This document shows positions 9,175 through 18,593 of a stretch of DNA of 64,000 bases, piece by piece (the first letter of the stretch is position 1; each line of letters opens with the position of its first letter). Under the pieces are notes generated by a model. The model ran no database searches, was not told where the DNA came from, and saw only the letters and a program-made list of their open reading frames with translations. Source of the DNA: Armatimonadota bacterium (lineage in GTDB: Bacteria; Armatimonadota; SYMT01); the NCBI GenBank assembly GCA_041690135.1, contig JAWLHY010000003.1, forward strand, positions 32,001 to 96,000, in the 5' to 3' direction. Both the position numbers and the translations under genes were made by a program.

Positions 9175-10785
9175 TCACCCGCTGTTCAGACTCCAATCAT
9201 ACTTACGGAAACTGATGCGGGAGTGCTGAACCTTTTCCGCCAACTCGGGCGGCAGGTGGCGGGCCAGGAAGTCTCGCGGGTCCGGATCAAAGTCGCGCCG
9301 GTACCACTTCAGGAGCGGGCTCGTTACGATCCGATCCCCATCCACCTCGGTTTCCGTGCTTAGATAGGAACGGGTCGCAACGTCGAGCTGCCTGTCGATC
9401 CCGTCGGGTGTGTAGAAGGCGAGGGGCGGGCAGGAGCGGCTGCCGCAGTTGAGGGCGAAGTGGACCCGCGGGTCGAACTCCGCCTCCGCCAGTGCGAACC
9501 TCCGGCGGGGATCGGAAGCGCGGAACGGACGCCACCAGGTATACGGCGCGGGACGGTTGGCCCGCAGGATGCCATGCTCAACGGTGTGCAGGCTGAACCG
9601 GCAGCCTCCCACGTCGTAGGCGGCCCGCTGGAAGAACCCCGGCACGAACCAGACCGTTCCCCGCGGGCGGAAGGTGATTATTGCGTGGATCGTCAGGGCG
9701 TTGTAGACGTTGATCCAGAACGCCTGCTTCTCCGCGGTGCCTTGCAGCGATCTCGGATCGAAGCCCCGCAACTCCTGGGCTGCCTCCAGCAGCGTGTCGA
9801 ACTCCAGTGAGCGGGCGGCGCGTTCATAGTCGAGAGTGCCCGTCGCGGAGTCCGTATAGGCTGCGGTGAGTGCCAGTGTCGCCTGCCGCAGCTTCCGCGC
9901 CGGATCGGCGGCAGGCTGCTCGGGGAGTGCCGGACCGTCGTTGAGCACCCCTGGGGACCACCACCCGGAGCGGCTCGAGCCCCTCGGTGGTGGTTGAGAG
10001 CGCGGATTCACTTCCACGGACAACCGCGCGGGGTCCGCCACGGGCAGTTGCTCCCGCGCGGCCGTCTTCAACAGACGTTTGCGCTGGTACCTGATCAACA
10101 GGGCTGCCAGTGAGGCGAAGGGGAGAATCGCCAGAGGAACAAGGCATACGAGCAGAAGTATCAGCAGCACGATCAGCCAGCCAGTGCTGATCTCCCACGG
10201 TTGGTAATAGAAGAGCCACCAGATAACGGCAAGTGGGACGGGGGTCCAGCCAGCGAGGAGGCAGAGCCTGCTTACGTAACTCTCATCTGCGTGGACGAAC
10301 TGGACTTTCTCCTGAAGGACCGCGGCCCGGTGGCTGGCGTAAGCGGCCCTACGCACTTCCACGGGCGCATCCGTTCGTGCGGTGATCTCGATAGCCTCGG
10401 CCCGAGCTCGCGCGAACGCTAGTCGTCGGATTCCTCTGCCGGCCAGGACCAGCATTCCGCTTAGCGGAAGCAGTAGAGCCGCCATGATCAGGAGACGAAT
10501 AGCCCAAGGGAGCAAGAACGCGGCGTGCTCCGCCCGGTTTGGCAGCGCGAACACCACCGAGACGACCTCCAGTAAGCCTGCCAGGACGCAGCCGCTCATC
10601 CCGCGTTCCTCCAGGCGATGGGCCATTACGAGGCGCTTTCGTAGGGCCTCCTCTCGCTCCCACCGCCATTGCTGGTCGGCGGCCAGGCCGGCTTCCAGGC
10701 GTTCTCCCGTCGTGGGTTCCGCCACGGTAAGCGCTGGAGTCGTCTGGGGAGTCGCTTCTTCGGAGCGATGCGTCTGCACAGGCAT
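9175..10785 (-). CDS. Membrane protein with C-terminal DUF547 domain
   Basis: About 4 TM segments, then KQAFWINVYNAL, VEHGILR, DPRVHFALNCGSRSCPP, YDWSLN. Confidence 0.85.
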   Translation of the reverse strand: MPVQTHRSEEATPQTTPALTVAEPTTGERLEAGLAADQQWRWEREEALRKRLVMAHRLEERGMSGCVLAGLLEVVSVVFALPNRAEHAAFLLPWAIRLLIMAALLLPLSGMLVLAGRGIRRLAFARARAEAIEITARTDAPVEVRRAAYASHRAAVLQEKVQFVHADESYVSRLCLLAGWTPVPLAVIWWLFYYQPWEISTGWLIVLLILLLVCLVPLAILPFASLAALLIRYQRKRLLKTAAREQLPVADPARLSVEVNPRSQPPPRGSSRSGWWSPGVLNDGPALPEQPAADPARKLRQATLALTAAYTDSATGTLDYERAARSLEFDTLLEAAQELRGFDPRSLQGTAEKQAFWINVYNALTIHAIITFRPRGTVWFVPGFFQRAAYDVGGCRFSLHTVEHGILRANRPAPYTWWRPFRASDPRRRFALAEAEFDPRVHFALNCGSRSCPPLAFYTPDGIDRQLDVATRSYLSTETEVDGDRIVTSPLLKWYRRDFDPDPRDFLARHLPPELAEKVQHSRISFRKYDWSLNSG

Positions 10786-10788
10786 GCC

Positions 10789-11700
10789 TCAGGTCAAGCG
10801 ATTCCAACCGCGGACTTCCGAGTTCGTGGGAGGGTGATAGACACCTACCGCCTCCGCCTGGGGCCGGTCGTGCTTCAAGTAAGGTGAAACCCGGGCGGGG
10901 TCGTGGACAGCCGCTCCACAACGGACAGCTTGCTGGAGGAGATGCTTCCGGCGGCACCAGCTATACAGGCTGCCGATCGCCGCGAACGGCACGGCGATCA
11001 GGGGCAGTGCGGCAATCACGCCGGTGAGTACTAACAGACTCCCCTCGATCCTTCCGGTCGTCAGTGGGAACACTCGCAGGGCAGTGATCACACCCCAGAG
11101 AACGAGGGAACACCAGCCCGCCAGCACACAGATTCCACTCCCCAGTCGCTCATCCGCGAGGCTGACTTCCAGCTTCTCCTGAACCGCGCCCGCGTTATGA
11201 GCACCGGACGGTACCGGCGTGGATTGGAGGTGGGGCGCGGAGACCGCGGGAAGCTCGACCGCATTCCGCCGTGCCTGCCCGAGGAAGATTCGCTGCAGGA
11301 GGGCGCCGGCCAGCCCCACCAGGCTGCTCGCCGGAAGCAGCAGAGAAAGGACCTTGAAGAGCTGCCCGGCTACTTCCCACGAGGCATGCGGCTGCACGAA
11401 GGGGTCGTACCGGAGAATCCCGCACGGAAGTACCAACAAGCCCGACAGGACACACCCGGCTCTCCCGAGATTCTCCAGGCACAAGGCCATTGCGAGCCTT
11501 CGCCGCAGTGCTTCTTCCCGCTCGCGGCGCCAGTTCCGGTCTCGGGTCAGGGCGGCATCCATCCGGCATCCCGGGTTGCGCACGTGCCCGGGCGACTCGA
11601 GATCGACCACGGATGAAGCCTCCTCCCCACGTGTGTCCGCGGCCGTCGGAGCGGACAGCGCCGTCGCCGTTGGATTTTCGATCGTGCTCTGGGTTTGCAC
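10789..11700 (-). CDS. Membrane protein paralogous to the N-terminal half of 9175-10785
   Basis: WRREREEALRRRL...GCVLSGLL vs WRWEREEALRKRL...GCVLAGLL; both have QEK..ADE..CxLAGW and DPAR. Confidence 0.75.
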   Translation of the reverse strand: MQTQSTIENPTATALSAPTAADTRGEEASSVVDLESPGHVRNPGCRMDAALTRDRNWRREREEALRRRLAMALCLENLGRAGCVLSGLLVLPCGILRYDPFVQPHASWEVAGQLFKVLSLLLPASSLVGLAGALLQRIFLGQARRNAVELPAVSAPHLQSTPVPSGAHNAGAVQEKLEVSLADERLGSGICVLAGWCSLVLWGVITALRVFPLTTGRIEGSLLVLTGVIAALPLIAVPFAAIGSLYSWCRRKHLLQQAVRCGAAVHDPARVSPYLKHDRPQAEAVGVYHPPTNSEVRGWNRLT

Positions 11701-11951
11701 GTATCCCTCCCGCTGGCCCGGCGACGCACATCCGGGCCGTTACTTCAAGAATGCACTCACGTTGGCAAGTGGAAGAAATGTCGAGCCAATTTGCCGGCGT
11801 GCTGCCTTTCCGGGGCTGCTTCGGCTACCTGAGGAATCCGGTCCTTATCGTTGGAGGTCAGGGGGAATTCGAACCTTCTGTCGAACTGTTCGTCAAAGGG
11901 GCCGGTCCATTACTCCCCCGTGCGGACCCCGATTTGTAAACGAGAGCAGGA

Positions 11952-13376
11952 ATGAATCCGAAACGCCTTCCCCGCCTTCCGTTCGCCGGCACGTTGCTGG
12001 CCACGTTCGCCACGCTGGGGGCATTGTTGCCCTCCACGGCGGCTCCGGGTACCCCGAAGGGGCCTCGGCGGCCCGTCGACAAGCCGAACCTCATCTTCAT
12101 CATGGCCGATGACCTGGGGTACGGCGACGTGGGCTGCTACGGGCAGAAGGAGATCCGCACTCCGAACATCGACCGGCTCGCCCGGGAAGGCCTCCGGTTC
12201 ACGCAAGCCTACGCCGGGTCTACCGTCTGTGCCCCCTCGCGCTGCGTGCTGATGACCGGCCTGCACACCGGCCACTCGGTAGTCCGGGGCAACCGCGAGA
12301 TCAAGCCGGAGGGGCAGACGCCGCTGCCGGAAGGCGCAACCACGCTCGGAACCGTGCTGAAGAGCGTCGGCTACGCCACGGGGGCTACGGGCAAGTGGGG
12401 GCTGGGCTTCCCCGGCTCCTCGGGCGAGCCGCACAAGCAGGGTTTCGACTTCTTCTACGGCTACAACTGCCAGCGCCAGGCCCACAACTACTATCCCGAG
12501 CACCTGTGGCACAACGGCGAGAAGGTGATCCTGGAAGGCAACCTAGGCGGCAAGGAGGGGCAGTACTCGCACGACCTGATCGCGGCCCAGTCGCTCCAGT
12601 TCATCCGCAAGCACCGCGATCGTCCCTTCTTCCTGTACGTGCCGTTCACTATTCCGCACACCCGCTTCCAGGTTCCGGACCTGGGCCAGTACTCGGACCG
12701 CCCGTGGACGCCGCAGCAGAAGATGCAGGCGGCGATGATCAGCCGGATGGACGGCGACGTGGGGCGCATCCTGAACCTGCTCAAGGAGCTAAGTCTGGAC
12801 GACAACACACTGGTGATCTTCACCAGCGACAACGGTCCCCACGGCGACGCGGGCACCCTGCAGCACTTCCGGGCCGCAGGTCCCCTCCGCGGGAAGAAGC
12901 GCGACATGTACGAGGGCGGCGTGCGCGTGCCCTTTATCGCGCGCTGGCCGGGGAAGATCCGCGCCGGGGCCGTGAGCGAGCATGTCACCGCCTTCCAGGA
13001 CATCCTGCCCACCTTCGCCGAGCTGGCCGGCGCGCCGGCTCCGCAAAAGATCGACGGCCATTCCCTCGTGCCGGCCCTTCTGGGTAGGCCCGGACAGAAG
13101 CAGCACCCCTACCTCTACTGGGAGCTTTACGAGCAGGGTGGCAAGCAGGGCATCCGGGTCCTGGACGACCCCGCGCATGCGTGGAAAGGTGTCCGCCTGC
13201 AAGTCTCCCGCGACCGGAACGCCCCCATCGAGCTCTACGACCTGAAGACCGACCCGGCCGAGGAGCGGAACGTCGCGGCCGAGCATCCCGAGGTCGTGGC
13301 GCGGATCGCGAAGCTTATGGACGAGGCACACCGCCCCTCCGAGTTGTGGACCTGGGCGCCCCGCCAACAGAGATGA
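11952..13376 (+). CDS. Secreted arylsulfatase (S1 family)
   Basis: PNLIFIMADDLG, CAPSRCVLMTG, GKWGLG, FTSDNG, YEGGVRVP. Confidence 0.95.
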   Translation: MNPKRLPRLPFAGTLLATFATLGALLPSTAAPGTPKGPRRPVDKPNLIFIMADDLGYGDVGCYGQKEIRTPNIDRLAREGLRFTQAYAGSTVCAPSRCVLMTGLHTGHSVVRGNREIKPEGQTPLPEGATTLGTVLKSVGYATGATGKWGLGFPGSSGEPHKQGFDFFYGYNCQRQAHNYYPEHLWHNGEKVILEGNLGGKEGQYSHDLIAAQSLQFIRKHRDRPFFLYVPFTIPHTRFQVPDLGQYSDRPWTPQQKMQAAMISRMDGDVGRILNLLKELSLDDNTLVIFTSDNGPHGDAGTLQHFRAAGPLRGKKRDMYEGGVRVPFIARWPGKIRAGAVSEHVTAFQDILPTFAELAGAPAPQKIDGHSLVPALLGRPGQKQHPYLYWELYEQGGKQGIRVLDDPAHAWKGVRLQVSRDRNAPIELYDLKTDPAEERNVAAEHPEVVARIAKLMDEAHRPSELWTWAPRQQR

Positions 13377-13475
13377 GAACCGTAAGTGAACCTGCCACGG
13401 GTAGCGGAAACGTGCTCCTGGATCTCGTCCCCGGCCGCAGCAAGTTGATCGTGCAGCCTCCGGGTTAGATCCGTG

Positions 13476-13504
13476 TTACACGTCAAACGGGAACCGCGTA
13501 TAAT
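13476..13504 (+). promoter_or_regulatory. Sigma70-type promoter of uvrC
   Basis: TTACAC-17 bp-TATAAT ending 27 bp before the ATG. Confidence 0.55.
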
Positions 13505-13530
13505 GGGAGGCGAACAATGGTTTGCCTCCC
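13505..13530. promoter_or_regulatory. 26-bp palindrome containing a Cheo-type LexA box
   Basis: GGGAGGCGAAC-AATG-GTTTGCCTCCC; core CGAAC-N4-GTTTG at 13511-13524, between the -10 box and uvrC ATG. Confidence 0.65.
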
Positions 13531-15378
13531 ATGAATGAAGTTCTTCAGCAAAAACTGGCGCTGCTGCCCGACAAGCCCGGCTGTTACCTGTTCAAGGACG
13601 GCGCGGGCCAGGTGCTGTACGTGGGTAAAGCGGAAGTGCTGCGCAACCGGGTGCGCTCCTACTTCCAGGAGAGTGCCGCGCACTCGGCTCGCATCCGCCT
13701 GATGGTGTCGCGGGTGGCGGACCTGGAGGTGGTGGTCACCGACAGCCCGGTGGAAGCGCTCCTGCTGGAGTGCAACCTGATCAAGCGCCACCGGCCGCAC
13801 TTCAACGTGCGCCTGCGCGACGACAAGCAGTACCCGTACATCTGCCTGACGATGAACGAACCGTTCCCCCGGCCGATCATCGTCCGACGCGTGCGGCGGG
13901 ACGGCAACCGCTACTTCGGCCCCTACACTAATAGCTGGTCGATGCGGCAGGCGCTCCGCGTCATCAAGGCGGTTTTCAAGCTGCGGAGCTGCGGGCGGTC
14001 CATCAAAGAAGGCGACCGCCAGAAGCTCTGCCTCGACTACCACCTGGGTCTCTGTTCCGGTCCCTGCGCGAGCATGATCACCCGGGCGGATTACCTCCAG
14101 GCCGTGGACGAGGTGACCGAATTCCTGGAAGGCAAGGCGGACCGGGCGCTCGCGCAGCTCCAGCGGGAGATGGAGCAGGCCGCGGAAGACCTCAACTTCG
14201 AGGCCGCCGCGCGCTACCGGGACCAGATCCAGGCGATCGAACGGGTCATCGAGCGACAGAAGATGATCTCCACGGACCTGGAAGACCAGGACGTGGCGGC
14301 GCTGGTGAGCGATGGCTACCACACGGTGGCCTGCGTGCTGCAGGTCCGCGGCGGGCGGCTCCAGGGGCAGGAGCAGTTCTTCCTGGAAGGAGCGCACCCC
14401 GACGAGCTTCCGGAGGCGGTCCGGCAGTTTGTGGAGCAGTATTACCAGCGCGTGACGCACTTCCCCCGGCAGCTTCTGCTGAGCCACGACGTGCTGGACC
14501 GGGAAGTGCTGGAGACCTGGCTCACCGAACGCCGCGACCAGACGTCCCGCGGGAAAGAGCGGCACAAGGTCCATGTGCTCGTCCCCCAGCGCGGCGAGAA
14601 GCGCCGGCTGGTGGAACTGGCCGAGAAGAATGCCAGCCTGCAGATGGCCGAGCAGAAGACGCGCCTCGCCTCCGACCAGGCCCGCGCGGAAGAGGCGGTG
14701 ATGGAGTTGCAAGAGGCGCTCGACCTCCCCGGCGTGCCGTACCGCATCGAGTGTTACGACATCAGCAACACGCAGGGAACCGAGTCGGTAGGCGCGATGG
14801 TCGTGTTCGAGGGCGGGCAGTCCAAGAAGAGCGACTACCGTAAGTTCAAGATCAAGACCGTGGAGGGCCCGAACGACTTCGCCAGCATGCAGGAGGTGCT
14901 CCGCCGGCGGCTGGAGCGCGGTAAGTCCGGCGACCAAAAGTTCGGCGACCTCCCGGACCTGATCGTCATCGACGGCGGTAAGGGACAATTGAACGCCGCC
15001 CTGGAAGTGGAACAGGAGATCGGCGTCGAAATTCCTACCGTGGGCCTGGCCAAGCGCCTGGAAGAGGTATTTGTGCCCGGCCGGTCGGAGTCGGTGCTGC
15101 TCCCCCGCAACAGCCAGGGACTGTTCCTGCTGCAGCGCATCCGGGACGAGGCGCACCGCTTCGGGCTCACCTACCACCGGAAGCTGCGTGGCCAGCGCCA
15201 GACGCGCAGCGCCCTGGACGAGATCCCCGGCATCGGTGAGAAGCGCCGGCAGGCCCTATTGAAACACTTTGGCAGCGTCGATAAGATGAAGCAGGCCTCC
15301 GTGGAGGAGCTGGGCCGCGCCCCCGGCATGAACCGACCCACTGCGGAAAAGCTGTTCGAGGCACTGCATACGCAGTAG
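13531..15378 (+). CDS. uvrC: Excinuclease ABC subunit C
   Basis: GIY-YIG (PGCYLF..YVGKA), UVR domain, RIECYDISN, IDGGKGQ, RDEAHRF, HhH IPGIG. Confidence 0.98.
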   Translation: MNEVLQQKLALLPDKPGCYLFKDGAGQVLYVGKAEVLRNRVRSYFQESAAHSARIRLMVSRVADLEVVVTDSPVEALLLECNLIKRHRPHFNVRLRDDKQYPYICLTMNEPFPRPIIVRRVRRDGNRYFGPYTNSWSMRQALRVIKAVFKLRSCGRSIKEGDRQKLCLDYHLGLCSGPCASMITRADYLQAVDEVTEFLEGKADRALAQLQREMEQAAEDLNFEAAARYRDQIQAIERVIERQKMISTDLEDQDVAALVSDGYHTVACVLQVRGGRLQGQEQFFLEGAHPDELPEAVRQFVEQYYQRVTHFPRQLLLSHDVLDREVLETWLTERRDQTSRGKERHKVHVLVPQRGEKRRLVELAEKNASLQMAEQKTRLASDQARAEEAVMELQEALDLPGVPYRIECYDISNTQGTESVGAMVVFEGGQSKKSDYRKFKIKTVEGPNDFASMQEVLRRRLERGKSGDQKFGDLPDLIVIDGGKGQLNAALEVEQEIGVEIPTVGLAKRLEEVFVPGRSESVLLPRNSQGLFLLQRIRDEAHRFGLTYHRKLRGQRQTRSALDEIPGIGEKRRQALLKHFGSVDKMKQASVEELGRAPGMNRPTAEKLFEALHTQ

Positions 15379-15387
15379 AAAACCACC

Positions 15388-15771
15388 ATGCAATTGCTCC
15401 TGAGATGGGCCATCACCGCGGGCGCGCTTTACGCCACGGTCTTCATCCTGAGCCAGCTCAACCTCGCCAGCCTGGGCAAGGGGCCGTGGTATTCCTGGTT
15501 CATTGCGGTTATCATCATGGCGTTGGTCAACGCACTCATCCGGCCGGTCCTCCGGTTCATGACCGCGCCGCTCAACTGTTTGACGTTCGGCCTGGTAGGG
15601 GTGGTGATCAATGCCCTGATGTTCTGGCTGGTCCCGGTGATCTCGGAGGCCGCCGGAATGCCGATCTTTACCGTGAAGCCGTTGGGGGCGGTGCTCGGCT
15701 CACTCCTGGTGGGGCTGATTGGCGGTATCGCGAGCAAGTTGATCATCCGGAAGGAAGAGGAAGAAGACTAG
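15388..15771 (+). CDS. YvlD/phage-holin-family membrane protein
   Basis: 4 TM; LVNALIRPVL...PLNCLTFGL...VINALM; conserved position before rapZ. Confidence 0.85.
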   Translation: MQLLLRWAITAGALYATVFILSQLNLASLGKGPWYSWFIAVIIMALVNALIRPVLRFMTAPLNCLTFGLVGVVINALMFWLVPVISEAAGMPIFTVKPLGAVLGSLLVGLIGGIASKLIIRKEEEED

Positions 15772-16737
15772 ATGGCGGAGGGCACAGTAGACAAGTCGCT
15801 GCCGGCGGTTACGGACCATCCCTCCGTCACGTCCACTCCCGCGGTGGCCGGCGCCCACCCGTTGAACGGCCGGCGCGGCTCCGCGGCCCGCTTCGTGATC
15901 ATTACGGGCATTTCCGGCTCGGGCAAGTCGCAGGCGCTGCGGATCTTCGAGGACCTGGGCTACTACTGCGTGGACAACCTCCCGCCCGCGCTGCTGCCGC
16001 AGCTCGCGGACCTCGGCAACGGCCGCTCGCCCAACATCGCCTGCGTGGTCGACGTGCGCGCGGGAACGGGGCTCGACTCCCTGGAGCCGGCGCTCAATGC
16101 CCTGGAGGACCGCGAGGTCAATACCACCATCCTCTTCCTCGAGGCCTCCGACCCGGTGCTCGTCAACCGGTTCAAGGAGACGCGGCGCAAGCACCCGCTG
16201 CTGCTGGAGGTCGGGGGGATCCTTCCCTCCATCCAGCGCGAGCGGGAGTTGCTGACGGACCTCAAGGACCGGGCGCACAAGATCATCGATACCAGCGACC
16301 ACACGCCTCGCTCCCTCTCCACCCTCATCACGGAGTTGTTCGGCGACCAGCCGGGACCCCAAGCCGGCCTGGTCATTACCGTCGTCTCCTTCGGCTTCAA
16401 GCACGGATTGCCCCTGGACGCGGACCTGGTGTTCGACGTGCGGTTCCTCGCCAACCCGCACTACGTTCGCGAACTCCGGTGGCAGGACGGGCTACAATCC
16501 CCAGTAGAGGAGTTCATCCGGCAGGACCCCGTTACCCAGCCGTTCCTGGATAAACTGAGCGATCTCGTGAACTTCACGATCCCCCATTACATCCAGGAGG
16601 GTAAAGCGTACCTGACGATCGCTATCGGATGCACCGGGGGACGCCATCGTTCGGTGATGGTTGCGGAGGACCTGGCCCTGTTCCTGCGAAGTCGCGGTTA
16701 CGAGCCACTCGTCCAGCATCGCGACATCAAGAAGTAG
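15772..16737 (+). CDS. rapZ: RNase adapter / P-loop nucleotide-binding protein RapZ (YvcJ)
   Basis: ITGISGSGKS, YCVDNLP, SFGFKHG, FDVRFLANP, IGCTGGRHRSV. Confidence 0.95.
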   Translation: MAEGTVDKSLPAVTDHPSVTSTPAVAGAHPLNGRRGSAARFVIITGISGSGKSQALRIFEDLGYYCVDNLPPALLPQLADLGNGRSPNIACVVDVRAGTGLDSLEPALNALEDREVNTTILFLEASDPVLVNRFKETRRKHPLLLEVGGILPSIQRERELLTDLKDRAHKIIDTSDHTPRSLSTLITELFGDQPGPQAGLVITVVSFGFKHGLPLDADLVFDVRFLANPHYVRELRWQDGLQSPVEEFIRQDPVTQPFLDKLSDLVNFTIPHYIQEGKAYLTIAIGCTGGRHRSVMVAEDLALFLRSRGYEPLVQHRDIKK

Positions 16738-16796
16738 CGTCTCCCGGCACCCGGCAGCCGTCCGGCTGCGATAGGGGACCTACGGGCAGTTTGTTG

Positions 16797-18353
16797 ATGC
16801 CGATACAGGAGCAAGAAAACCAACCGCGGACGGCCAACGGCTCTCCGCGTTCGGGGACCGCCGGATCCGAGGAAGCCGAGCGGAGGCGGGAGGCGCGCTC
16901 CGTATCGGTTGCCCGCCGGGCCAGCGGCTCCCCTTCCGAGCGCTCCGCTTCCGCTCCCAGCTTGCGGGAGAAGATCCTGCACACCATCAAGTGGCTGCGG
17001 CCCGGAATGCGCGTCAAGCGCTGGGTGATGGTCGCGCTCCTCGGGATCTTTATCCTGGTGGTGGGCGCCGACCTGATGTTCCTGATGCAGCTCGCCGACC
17101 TGGGCGACGAGTTGAACCGGTGGCTCTTCACCCGTTTCGGGATCCTCCTTCCCGGTCGTTCGGTCCTCTCCTTCTCCTACCAGATCCTCATCGGATTTCC
17201 GACCGCAGTCCTTGGCCTGCTCGTTTTCCTGTACGGCGTTCGGAATGTCCTCGTCTCCGTGACCTCCGCGGTGATGCCCACCGGCAACCAGTCGATCGCG
17301 GACGTGATCTGGCGGCGGCGGCAACTCGCCCAGGGCGCTCGCATCGTCGTGATCGGCGGGGGAACGGGGCTGTCTACCCTGCTCCGGGGCCTGAAGGAGT
17401 ACACCAGCAACATCACAGCGGTCGTCACGGTTACGGACGACGGCGGCAGCAGCGGACGCCTCCAGCGGGAGTTCAACATGCTGCCGCCGGGGGATATCCG
17501 CAACTGCATCCTGGCCCTGGCCGATGCCGAACCCCTGATGCAGCGGCTGTTCGACTACCGTTTCCCGACCAACGGGTCCAACGGCTCGAAGCCGGACGGC
17601 GCGGAGCACGAGAACGGCCTGGAGGGGCATGCGTTCGGCAACTTGCTCATCGCCGCGATGCTGCATGTGACGGGAGACTTCGAGGAAGCCGTCCGCCAGA
17701 CGAGCCGGGTCCTGGCGATCCGCGGCCGCGTGCTCCCCTCGACCACCCGCAACGTGCGACTGATCGCCGAGATGGCGGACGGCGAGACCGTGGAGGGCGA
17801 AACGAACATCTCCGCCCTGGGACACCGGATCGAACGCATGCGGTTGAGCGAGCCGGACGTGGCGCCGCTGGACGAGACGCTGGAGGCGATCCGTACTGCC
17901 GACGCAATCATCATCGGCCCCGGCAGTGTATACACCAGCATCGTACCTAACTTCCTGGTGAAGGGAGTGGCCGATGCGGTGGCCGAAAGCCGCGCCATCA
18001 AGATCTACGTCTGCAACGTGATGACCCAGCCGGGCGAAACCACCGCCTTCACCGCCAGCGATCATGTGAGCGCCGTCCTCAAACAGGCCGGCGTGCCTGT
18101 GTTCGATTACGTGCTGGTCAACACGGAGGAACCGAGCGAGGCCCTGCGCGAACGTTACGCCGGGGTCGGCTCGGCGTGGGTGGCGCCCGACGTGGATCGC
18201 ATCAAAATGCTCGGCCTGAAGCCGATTACCGGAAGTTTCATCAGCCAGAATGCCGTCGTCCGCCACGATCCGGATAAACTGGCCGAAGCTATCGTCCACC
18301 AGATCAACCGCAAAGCCCGCCCCCTCTTCTGGATGCTAGACCGGCGGGAATAG
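16797..18353 (+). CDS. yvcK: YvcK/UPF0052 gluconeogenesis factor with N-terminal TM extension
   Basis: IGGGTGLS, DDGGSSG, PPGDIRN, GHAFGNL, GPGSVYTS, NVMTQPGET. Confidence 0.92.
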   Translation: MPIQEQENQPRTANGSPRSGTAGSEEAERRREARSVSVARRASGSPSERSASAPSLREKILHTIKWLRPGMRVKRWVMVALLGIFILVVGADLMFLMQLADLGDELNRWLFTRFGILLPGRSVLSFSYQILIGFPTAVLGLLVFLYGVRNVLVSVTSAVMPTGNQSIADVIWRRRQLAQGARIVVIGGGTGLSTLLRGLKEYTSNITAVVTVTDDGGSSGRLQREFNMLPPGDIRNCILALADAEPLMQRLFDYRFPTNGSNGSKPDGAEHENGLEGHAFGNLLIAAMLHVTGDFEEAVRQTSRVLAIRGRVLPSTTRNVRLIAEMADGETVEGETNISALGHRIERMRLSEPDVAPLDETLEAIRTADAIIIGPGSVYTSIVPNFLVKGVADAVAESRAIKIYVCNVMTQPGETTAFTASDHVSAVLKQAGVPVFDYVLVNTEEPSEALRERYAGVGSAWVAPDVDRIKMLGLKPITGSFISQNAVVRHDPDKLAEAIVHQINRKARPLFWMLDRRE

Positions 18354-18360
18354 CCGGTGA

Positions 18361-18392
18361 GGGAGTATGGAAGTAGGGGAGTATGGGGGTGG
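18361..18392. repeat. Degenerate 8-bp tandem repeat (GGGAGTAT-like)
   Basis: GGGAGTAT GGAAGTAG GGGAGTAT GGGGGTGG directly after the yvcK stop. Confidence 0.5.
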
Positions 18393-18593
18393 GGAATTCA
18401 CCCCAACGCTCACCGCCCGAGTTGCTGGATATCTGAACGCCTGAACGATATCGTTGAAAAATCCGATCGCGGGCAGTGCAACTGCAGCCGATCAATCCGA
18501 ATTTACCAATAACTTTCCGAATCCCCGAACACCGCCTCCCCAATTCGCTTTATTCGCGCCATTCGCGGATCGTTTACCTGACTCCTAACGCCC

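Noticed and set aside
15388-15771. Prophage, suggested by the holin-family label
   Set aside because: YvlD-type gene in conserved housekeeping context; no phage genes nearby
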